A DNA stretch of 64,000 nucleotides, from the NCBI GenBank assembly GCA_963819995.1, contig CAWFYR010000009.1, forward strand, positions 46,600 to 110,599, read 5' to 3'. This DNA is from an uncultured Alphaproteobacteria bacterium. Its GTDB lineage: Bacteria; Pseudomonadota; Alphaproteobacteria; Rhodobacterales; Rhodobacteraceae. Every line of letters starts with the position of its first letter. Within the stretch, counting starts at the first letter, position 1. The position numbers and the translations under genes are program-made. The notes under the pieces were generated by a model that was given only the letters and a program-made list of their open reading frames with translations, made no database searches and was not told the origin of the DNA. Below are positions 9,582 through 17,200 of this stretch, piece after piece.

Positions 9582-9597
9582 CAGATCGATCGAACAG
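9582..9597. promoter_or_regulatory. Third operator-like GATCGATCGA site, downstream of the TetR stop
   Basis: CAGATCGATCGAACAG lies 4 nt after the TAA of the TetR gene and shares the GATCGATCGA core with 8921..8936. Confidence 0.3.
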
Positions 9598-9830
9598 AAA
9601 CGGGACGGCGCGCCTGCGGTGCCCGTTGTCTGTTCAGTATAGCACGCTGGCGCCCGCAAGCGACCATCGCGTCGCGCCGATCCGTGGGCCGGAGCGCGGG
9701 AGTGCGAACGCCGAGGGGACTTGAGCCTGAGTATCGGCTTGTAATCCGCGCGCCGGCCAAGGGCAGGCAGGCGCGCGCGGATTTGTCGACGGACAAAAAT
9801 CCGCGAAAACCGCGCCCATGAAATCAATTC

Positions 9831-9865
9831 ATATCAATGACATACTCGTAATTTCACGCGTGTTA
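9831..9865. repeat. Copy B of the 35-nt AT-rich motif containing CACGCGTG
   Basis: atatcaatgacatactcgtaatttcacgcgtgtta is 27/35 identical to 4271..4305. Its 3' part forms the hairpin ACGCGTG-ttat-CACGCGT just past the SelW-like stop. Confidence 0.5.
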
Positions 9866-9882
9866 TCACGCGTTGCTCACCC

Positions 9883-10182
9883 TCAGCCCGCGCCGTCGCG
9901 GTCGAGGTGCCCGAGGTCGCGCTCCGGATCGAAGGCGTCGCGGACCCGCTGCTTCAGCGACCGCACGTCGGGAAAGCCGCCGTCGCGCTTGCGTTCCCAG
10001 ACCAGCTGGCCGTCGACGCTGATCTCGAAGATGCCGCCGCTGCCCGGCACCAGCGTCACCGCCCCGAGCTCCTCGCCGAAGGTGGAGAGCAGTTCCTGCG
10101 CCATCCACCCGGCGCGCAGCAGCCAGTTGCAGCGGGTGCAGTAGGCGATGGTCACCGTGGGCTTTTTCGCAACCTCGCTCAT
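9883..10182 (-). CDS. SelT/SelW/SelH (Rdx) family thioredoxin-fold protein, Cys form
   Basis: 99 aa starting MSEVAKKPTVTIAYCTRCNWLLRAGW, with a CxxC (CTRC) at the position of the CxxU redox motif. Its ATG overlaps the oxoprolinase TGA (ATGA at 10179-10182). Confidence 0.75.
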   Translation of the reverse strand: MSEVAKKPTVTIAYCTRCNWLLRAGWMAQELLSTFGEELGAVTLVPGSGGIFEISVDGQLVWERKRDGGFPDVRSLKQRVRDAFDPERDLGHLDRDGAG

Positions 10183-13100
10183 CCGTAGCCCCCTCCGCCG
10201 GGCGTCTCGAGCCACCAGACGTCGCCCGGGCCGATCTGCCGCTTGTCGGCGCTGGCCAGCGTCTCCTCGCGGCCGTCGGCGCGCAGGATGCGGGTGCGCC
10301 CGCACGCGGCGGCGCCGCCGCCGGCCAGCCCCGGGGGCGGCACGACGCGGTGGCCGGCGAGGATCGCGATGGTCATCGGCTGCAGGAACCGGATGCGGCG
10401 GCTGACGCCGTCGCCGCCGCGGAACCGGCCCGCGCCTCCCGAGCCGTCGCGGATGCGGAATTCGTCGACGACGACCGGAAAGCGCCACTCCAGCACTTCC
10501 GGGTCGGTCAGCCGGGAGTTGGTCATGTGCGAGTGAACGCCGGACGTCCCGGCGTAGCCGCTGCCGTCCGAGAGCACGCCGGCGCCGGTGCCGCCGCAGA
10601 CCGTCTCGTAGTATTGCAGCCGGTCGTCGCCCCAGGTGGTGTTGTTCATCGTCGACTGCGCCGCTGCCTGGACGCCGAGCGCGAGGAAGAGCGCCGAAGT
10701 CACCGCCTGGCTGGTCTCGACGTTGCCGGCGATCACCGCGGCGGGATAACGCGGGGACAGCATCGTGCCTTCGGGCAGGATCACCTGCAGCGGCTTCATC
10801 ACCCCCTCGTTCATCGGGATGTCGTCGTCGACGAGGCAGCGGAAGACGTAGAGGACGGCCGCCCGCGTCACCGGCTCGGGCGCGTTGTAGTTGGTGGCGA
10901 GCTCGCGCCGTGGTGCCGGTGAAGTCGATCACCGCGGAGCGCGCGGTTCGGTCGACCGTCACCTTGACCCGGATCTCGCGCGGCGCGCCGTCGAAGTCGG
11001 GGTCCATCGGGTAGACCGTCTCGGCGTCGCTGAGCGCCTCGATGGCGCGGCGGACGCACTCCTCGGCGTTGTCCTGGACGTGGCGCATGTAAGCCGCGAC
11101 CACGTCGAGGCCGAACTGCGCCACCATCCGCGCCAGCTCCTGCGCGCCTTTCTCGCAGGCGGCGAGCTGCGCCCGGAGATCGGCCATGTTGATGTCGGGC
11201 GAACGGGCGGGCCACGGGCCTTCGAGCAGCAGCGCCCGCGTCTCCGCCTCGCGGAGCCTGCCCCGCTCGACCAGCGTCCAGTTGTCGATGTAGGCGCCTT
11301 CGTCGTGGATCGTCCGGCTGTCGGGCGGCATCGACCCCGGCGTGAGCCCGCCGACGTCGGTGTGATGCCCGCGCGCCGCGGTGAAGAAGAGCACCCGCCC
11401 GCCGGCATCGTCCCAGACCGGGCGCACGACGGTGATGTCGGGCAGGTGCGTGCCGCCGTTGTAGGGCGCGTTCAGCACGAAGACGTCGCCGGGCTGCATG
11501 CCGGGGTTCTGCGCGATGATCGCCTGCACGCTCGCGCCCATCGAGCCGAGGTGCACCGGCATGTGCGGCGCGTTGGCGATCAGGTTGCCGTCCGCGTCGA
11601 AGACCGCGCAGGAGAAGTCCAGCCGCTCCTTGATGGTGACGCTCGCGGCGGTGTTCTCCAGCACCGCGCCCATCTGCTCGGCGATCGACATGTAGAGGTT
11701 GTTGAAGACCTCGAGCATCACCGGGTCGGCCTTGGCGCCGATCGCCTGGCGTTCCGGCCGCGGCTCGACGCGGGTCAGCGCGACGTGGTCGTGCGCGGTC
11801 AGCCGCGCCTGCCAGCCGGGCTCGATCAGGATCGAGGTGTGCGGCTCGACCAGCACCGCGGGGCCGGTCAGCCGGTCGCCGGGGCTGAGGCTCTCGCGGC
11901 GGACGAACCGCGCGTCGACCCAGGCGCCGCCCAGGAAGACCGGCGCCACCAGCGCGGTCTCGGTCTCCGTCTCGGGGCGCTCGGTCTCCGGCACGGCGTC
12001 TTCACCGAAGTCGGCCGCCCCGCCCACCGCCTCGGCCTCGGCCGCCTCGATCACCAGGGCGGCTTCGCCAGGGTCGAACCCGAACCGCGCCTTGTGGGCG
12101 GCCTGGAAGTCGGCGCGCATTGCCGCCACGTCGCCGAAGACGACCGGCAGCGCGGTGTCGGTGCCCCTGACCTTGAGGTGCAGCCGCTGCGCCAGCCGGA
12201 CCTGCGGCGCCGGCACGCCCTGCGCCTCGACCTCGGTCTCGGCCTCCGAGCCGAGGGCATCGAGCACCGCCGCCGCCTCGAGCCGGCCGGCGTCGTCGAG
12301 CGGCGCCTCCACCGCCCGGGTCCGGGTGGCGCGGATCTCGGCCAGCCCCATGCCGTAGGCGGAGAGCAGCGAGGCCATCGGGTGGATCAGGCAGGTCGTC
12401 ATGCCGAGGGTGTCGGCGATGGCGCAGGCGTGCTGCGCCCCGGCGCCGCCGAAGACCGTCAGGCAGTAGCCGCCGACATCGTAGCCGCGCTGCACGCTGA
12501 TCTTCTTGATGGCGTTGGCCATGTTCTCGACGGCGATGCGCAGGAAGCCCTCCGCCACCTCTTCCGCCGGCTTGCCGATCCGCGCCGCCAGCTCGGCGAA
12601 CCCCGCCTCGGTCGCGGCGCAGTCGAGCGGCCGACGGGCGTCCGGGCCGAAGATCGCCGGGAAGAACTCCGGCCGCAGCCGCCCGGTCAGCACGTTGGCG
12701 TCGGTCACGGTCAGCGGGCCGCCGCGGCCATAGCAGGCAGGCCCCGGATCGGCGCCGGCGCTCTCGGGCCCCACCCGCATCCGGGTGCCGTCGTAGCCGA
12801 GCATCGATCCGCCGCCGGCGGCGACGGTGTGGATCATCATCATCGGCGCGGTGATGCGGACGCCGGCGATCTCGGTGTGGAGCACCCGCTCGAAGTCGCC
12901 GGCGAAGTGGCAGACGTCGGTCGAGGTGCCGCCCATGTCGAAGCCGATGATCCGGCGCTGCCCGGCGATCTCGCTGGTGCGGACCGCGCCGACCACCCCG
13001 CCGGCCGGGCCGCTCAGGATCGCGTCCTTGCCCTGGAAGCTGCCCGCCCCGGTCAGCCCGCCCGAGGACTGCATGAAGAGGAGCTTGCCGGCCATGTCGC

Positions 13101-13815
13101 CGTCGAAGGCCGCGGCCACCCGGTCGATGTAGCGTCTGAGGATCGGGCTCAGGTAGGCGTCGACCACCGTGGTGTCGCCGCGGCTGACCATCTTCATCAG
13201 CGGGCTGACCCGGTGGCTGACCGAGACCTGCGCGAAGCCCGCGGCCTCGGCGAGATCGGCGGCGCGGGCCTCGTGGGCGGTGTGGCGGTAGCCGTGGACG
13301 AAGACGATGGCGCAGGCGTCGAGGCCGGCCGCCCGGGCGTCGGCGAGCGCCGTCGCGAGGTGCGCCTCGTCGAGCGGCCGCTCGACGGTGCCGTCGGCGC
13401 GCACCCGCTCGCGCGCCTCGATGGTGCGGGCGTAGAGCATCTCGGGCAGCACGATCTGCCGGTCGAAGAGCCGCGGCCGGTTCTGGTAGCCGAGCCGGAG
13501 CTGCTGGCCGAGCCCTTGGGTGGTCACGAGCACCACCGGCTCGCCCTTGCGCTCGAGGAGCGCGTTGGTCGCGACCGTGGTGCCCATCTTGACGCTGGCG
13601 ATGCGCGCCGCCGGGATCGGCGCCTCCGTCGCGAGCCCGAGAAAGCCGCGGATGCCGTGCAGCGCCGCGTCGGCGTACTGGCCCGGGTTCTCGGACAGGA
13701 GCTTCGCGCGGTGCAGCCGGCCCGCGGGGTCGCGCGCGACGATGTCGGTGAACGTGCCGCCGCGATCGATCCAGAAGTCCCAGGCGGGCTGCACGGACGC
13801 CACGCTACAAGCCAT
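10179..13815 (-). pseudogene. OPLAH-type 5-oxoprolinase (fused hydantoinase A / hydantoinase B), interrupted by a 1-nt frameshift near 10905
   Basis: The N-terminal ~970 codons (WIDRGGTFTDIVA ... IDFTGTTA) are in the frame of ORF 9883..13815. The conserved continuation (ELATNYNAPEPVTRAAVLYVFRCLVDDDIPMNEG ... ETPGGGGYG) is in the frame of ORF 10179..10871. The total length of 3637 nt is not divisible by 3. After the shift the first frame gives only Arg-rich nonsense. Confidence 0.8.
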
Positions 13816-14104
13816 GATACAGCATCTCGAGCGCCCGGGTGATCTCGTCCGACCTGTCCCGCAGGGTTCCGGCGCTTTCCCCGAGAAGACTCGCGGGAAC
13901 CGCGGAAAGGAACTGGGTCACCATGACATGGCGATGCTGGGCGATCTCGAAGACCGGGTTGAGAAGTCTCGCCGGGATCGGTGCGCTGTCGCCGGGCAGA
14001 AGCGGCACCACGACGCGGGTATTGAGCCCCTGCACCAAGTCGGTCTGCACGTCCAGCAGATAGCCGCCACCCTCCAGCGATCGGTAAACGTCGTATCGGG
14101 CCAT
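13805..14104 (-). CDS. ccdB: Type II toxin CcdB family (gyrase poison)
   Basis: 99 aa. MARYDVYRSLEGGGYLLDVQTDLVQGLNTRVVVPLLP aligns with the CcdB N-terminus (YxxxxxxYLLDVQsDll...tRvVvPL). Its ATG overlaps the ccdA stop (TGATG), and its 3' end overlaps the oxoprolinase start by 11 nt. Confidence 0.8.
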   Translation of the reverse strand: MARYDVYRSLEGGGYLLDVQTDLVQGLNTRVVVPLLPGDSAPIPARLLNPVFEIAQHRHVMVTQFLSAVPASLLGESAGTLRDRSDEITRALEMLYHGL

Positions 14105-14340
14105 CAGAACGGGCGGTAGCGGGCCAGAGGCAATCCGTGCGCTTCGACCCAGGCGTTGGAGCTGGCAATCGCCTCGGCGTTCTCGCGCCCCCATTCGGCA
14201 GCCTGGGCTCGCCTGACCGCGTCGCGAAGACCTGTCTCGGCGGCCCGGCTGACGTTGATGCCGAGCGCCTTCGCCGCCGCGAGCAAGTGCGGGTCGATGG
14301 AGATGTTGGTCGCCTTGCGGGCGCGGACGGAAGTCGGCAT
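14104..14340 (-). CDS. ccdA: Type II antitoxin CcdA family
   Basis: 78 aa from the ATG at 14340 (MPTSVRARKATNISIDPHLLAAAKALGINVSRAAE...NAWVEAHGLPLARYRPF). GAGGA RBS 8 nt upstream. Confidence 0.8.
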   Translation of the reverse strand: MPTSVRARKATNISIDPHLLAAAKALGINVSRAAETGLRDAVRRAQAAEWGRENAEAIASSNAWVEAHGLPLARYRPF

Positions 14341-14352
14341 GCGCGGGTCCTC

Positions 14353-14371
14353 TGCGCATTGACTATGCGCA
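14353..14371. promoter_or_regulatory. Candidate CcdA operator (two palindromic TGCGCA hexamers)
   Basis: TGCGCA-ttgacta-TGCGCA lies 13-31 nt upstream of the ccdA ATG. Each hexamer is self-complementary. Confidence 0.3.
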
Positions 14372-14456
14372 TCGACCGAGCTCCGCAAGGACGGCGTGAA
14401 CGATCCTGCGGGATTTCCGTTTTGTGCGCCGCCGCACCGCCTGCTAGTCTCGCGGC

Positions 14457-15155
14457 ATGTCGATCTGGACCCGTATCACCGAGGCGCTCGCCAGTCTCAA
14501 GGCCCGGGGGGAGGGCCTTCTCGCCGTCTTCGAGCGCCGCCGGACGCCGGAGCGCAGCGTCGCCTTCACCATCGCGGTGATCAGCCTCGGCGCCAAGATG
14601 GCCAAGGCGGACGGCCAGGTCCGGCCGTCCGAGGTCACGGCGTTCCGCCAGGTGTTCCAGATCGCCCCCGCGGACGAGGAGGCGGCGGCGCGGGTCTTCA
14701 ACCTCGCCCGCCAGGACATTGCAGGCTTCGATACCTATGCCGCCCGCATCGCCGCCATGTTCAGCGACCAGCCGCAGGTGCTCGAGGATATCCTGGAAGG
14801 GCTCTTTCACATCGCGATGGCCGATGGGCGCTATCACGAAGGCGAGGAAGGCTTCCTGCAGCGGGTCGGCACGATCTTCGGCATCAGCCCGCTCGCCTTC
14901 GACTGCATCGAGGCGCGGCACCTGGCCGGCCGCTCGGGCGATCCCTGGCAGGTGCTCGGCGTCGCCCGCGACGCCGAGCTGCCGGCGATCCGCGCCCGCT
15001 GGCGCGATCTCGTCCGCGCCCACCATCCCGACAAGATGATCGCCCGCGGCCTGCCGGTCGAGACCGTCACCCTCGCCAACGCCCGCCTCGCCGCGATCAA
15101 CGCCGCCTGGGAGGAAATCTCCGCCCGCAAGCGCGAGCCCCAGGTGGTCGGGTGA
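14457..15155 (+). CDS. DjlA-like co-chaperone (TerB-like domain + C-terminal J domain)
   Basis: 232 aa with a TerB-like tellurite-resistance fold (ISLGAKMAKADGQVRPSEV...HIAMADGRYHEGEEGFL) and a J domain containing HPD (DPWQVLGVARDAELPAIRARWRDLVRAHHPDK). Confidence 0.75.
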   Translation: MSIWTRITEALASLKARGEGLLAVFERRRTPERSVAFTIAVISLGAKMAKADGQVRPSEVTAFRQVFQIAPADEEAAARVFNLARQDIAGFDTYAARIAAMFSDQPQVLEDILEGLFHIAMADGRYHEGEEGFLQRVGTIFGISPLAFDCIEARHLAGRSGDPWQVLGVARDAELPAIRARWRDLVRAHHPDKMIARGLPVETVTLANARLAAINAAWEEISARKREPQVVG

Positions 15156-15270
15156 CCGGGGGTCCGCACGGCCCGGAACGGCGTGCAGCGTGTGGTTGGG
15201 GATCACCTGAGCGCCCCTGCAGCAGGTTGACCACCTCGGGACTTCGCTCAGCGACCATCGCCAGACCGAC

Positions 15271-16011
15271 CTAAACCAAGAAATCGGCGCCTGTGTAGGC
15301 CGAGGCGCGTATGCTGCCATCGTCAATGGCAAGCTCGAACTCGACAAACGCGTCGCCGTCGATGTTGCCTCGGATCAGCGTCATGGCGCCGGAGTCGACG
15401 GCCCAGAGGTGGCCGGCGGCGTGCGAGGTGCCGAAGGCGAAGTGCTGCACCCCGGCCGCGACGTTGGCGTCGATCGCCGAGAGGTCGATCCGGTCCCCAA
15501 CCTGTCCGCCCGGCCGCTCGAAGGCAGCAACGCTGCCGTCGGCCCTGAGGATGTCGCGCACCGCCGGTGTCGACGCCGCCACGCTCAGGAAGCGGAAGGT
15601 GTCGTTCCCCGCCCCGCCCACCAACGTGTCGCTGCCGTTCCCTGCGATCAGCGTGTCGGTCCCGGGCCCGGCGTTCAGCAGATTGCCGCTGCCGCCGTTG
15701 ACCTGCAGCCGGTCATTGCCGGCATGGCCGTAGAGCCTGTTCGCGCCGATCGTTCCGGCCAGGATGGTGCCGGTGAGCCTGTCGTTGCCGTCACCAGCGA
15801 GGAGGATGTTGATGGCAGAGCCCAAGCGATCGAAATCTTCGACGTATGCCGTCGCCTGTAGGATGTCGTTTCCAGCGCCTCCGGTCAGCCGGTCGGTGAT
15901 GAGGAATTCATCGACCTCCTCGGCAGCCCAGGTCACCAGATGCGCGGTCGCGGAGAGGAAATCGTCGCCGTCGCCGCCGTCCAGCACGTTGTTGACGTCA
16001 CCGTGTACCAT
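15271..16011 (-). CDS. RTX-type calcium-binding protein with serralysin-like C-terminal secretion domain (possibly the 3' part of one split gene)
   Basis: Repeated GGxGxD nonapeptides (GGAGNDIL, GDGNDRLTG, GHAGNDRLQV, GNGSDTLVGG, GAGNDTFRF), then DRIDLSAIDAN...FAFG...GDAFVEFELAI...ADFLV. Visibly lower G+C than its neighbours. Confidence 0.7.
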   Translation of the reverse strand: MVHGDVNNVLDGGDGDDFLSATAHLVTWAAEEVDEFLITDRLTGGAGNDILQATAYVEDFDRLGSAINILLAGDGNDRLTGTILAGTIGANRLYGHAGNDRLQVNGGSGNLLNAGPGTDTLIAGNGSDTLVGGAGNDTFRFLSVAASTPAVRDILRADGSVAAFERPGGQVGDRIDLSAIDANVAAGVQHFAFGTSHAAGHLWAVDSGAMTLIRGNIDGDAFVEFELAIDDGSIRASAYTGADFLV

Positions 16012-16855
16012 AGTTGTCCTTTTCCACCGTGCCGATGATCACGTCACTGCCGATACCGCCGCTCAGTTGGTTGTCGCCCCAGCTGTTCGCGTCGATCGTG
16101 TCGTTCCCTGCATCGCCGGAGATGACATTGCTGCCTTCAACGGCATACCCCTGTCCTGTCCACGCGTGCGCCGTTGCTCTGATCAGATCGTCGTCATCGC
16201 CGCCGGAAATCTCGTTAACTGCCGATCCGCCGGTTACTCCCTCCCACTCTTGTGCGATGGCCTCGGCGATGATGGTGTCATTTCCCTTCTCGCCTTGAAC
16301 GTTGTTGTGAACGTCAAAGAATCCGCCGGTTGTGTGGATTGTGACTTGGTCGTTTCCCGCTCCAGCTCGGACCGTGTGTTTGGTGGTTGCGAGCGATGAA
16401 ACGTGATCGCTCTCGCTGACCGTGACCACGTCGTCATCGGCGCCGCCCCAAATCGAGATCCTTGCATCCAATCGGTATGCCGCCGAAATGTTTACGGCTA
16501 TTCTGTCTATTCCCACGCCGCCAGTCAGATTCAAACGGGCGTCTATTTCTGGGACCCGTTCAGGATCACTTTCCCCGCGGATCGATGCTGAGAGCGTATC
16601 GTTGCCCGTCCCGCCGGACTGAGTGGCAACTAGACTGACCGGTTCCACACCAGGCACCAGGGCGAGATCGAACCACGACCGAAGCTGATCGTTCCCAGCT
16701 CCTCCGTCGAGGTATGTGTCATTGTATCCCGCGCTGCTCAGGAAGTCCCGACCGCCCAGGCCGTAAACTAGATCTCGATCGAATCGAGCTGATAATGTAT
16801 CTGAAGCAGGTGTGCCGTTAAGTGCCACGATATTTACCCTCCCACTTGAACGCAT
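15998..16855 (-). CDS. Degenerate RTX / calcium-binding repeat protein (possibly the 5' part of one split gene)
   Basis: 285 aa with GGAGNDQL, GGTGNDTLSA, GAGNDQVTI, GDAGNDTIDA and GGIGSDVIIG. It overlaps the next ORF by 14 nt in a +1 frame, and the ISGGDDDDLIRATAH / LDGGDGDDFLSATAH module repeats across the junction. Confidence 0.6.
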   Translation of the reverse strand: MRSSGRVNIVALNGTPASDTLSARFDRDLVYGLGGRDFLSSAGYNDTYLDGGAGNDQLRSWFDLALVPGVEPVSLVATQSGGTGNDTLSASIRGESDPERVPEIDARLNLTGGVGIDRIAVNISAAYRLDARISIWGGADDDVVTVSESDHVSSLATTKHTVRAGAGNDQVTIHTTGGFFDVHNNVQGEKGNDTIIAEAIAQEWEGVTGGSAVNEISGGDDDDLIRATAHAWTGQGYAVEGSNVISGDAGNDTIDANSWGDNQLSGGIGSDVIIGTVEKDNYGTR

Positions 16856-17200
16856 CTCGCGCCCGTACTCTAAAACATTCTCAAGAATTGCTGCCTATGT
16901 TCCCGCGCGAAAATCCCGCGCATTAATCTTCGGTTGAAGCTCGAATATTGTCAAGATGACCAGTAAACGGGCCTTACAATTGCGGCCTAGACGAGCGCTG
17001 CAATTAATAGATGAGCGACGTGGCGCAACCTCTCGCTTCGGGAGCAAGGAGAAGCTCAAGTGCCAGTGGCCGGTGCCTGCGCTCAGGTTGAGGTGTCACC
17101 GTCGGTATACGGGACGCCGAACAACCCCACCTGCCAAGGCCGCAATCCGAGCCAAACGCGCGTCGATCCCGGGAGCGCACGTGCGGGCATCGGGAAGGGA

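Noticed and set aside
9883-13815. A single 1310-aa protein joining the oxoprolinase to the SelW-like ORF.
   Set aside because: The roughly 240 residues between IDFTGTTA and MSEVAKK are Arg-rich nonsense, and the conserved hydantoinase-B C-terminus is in another frame (10179..10871). The fusion is a by-product of a 1-nt frameshift.
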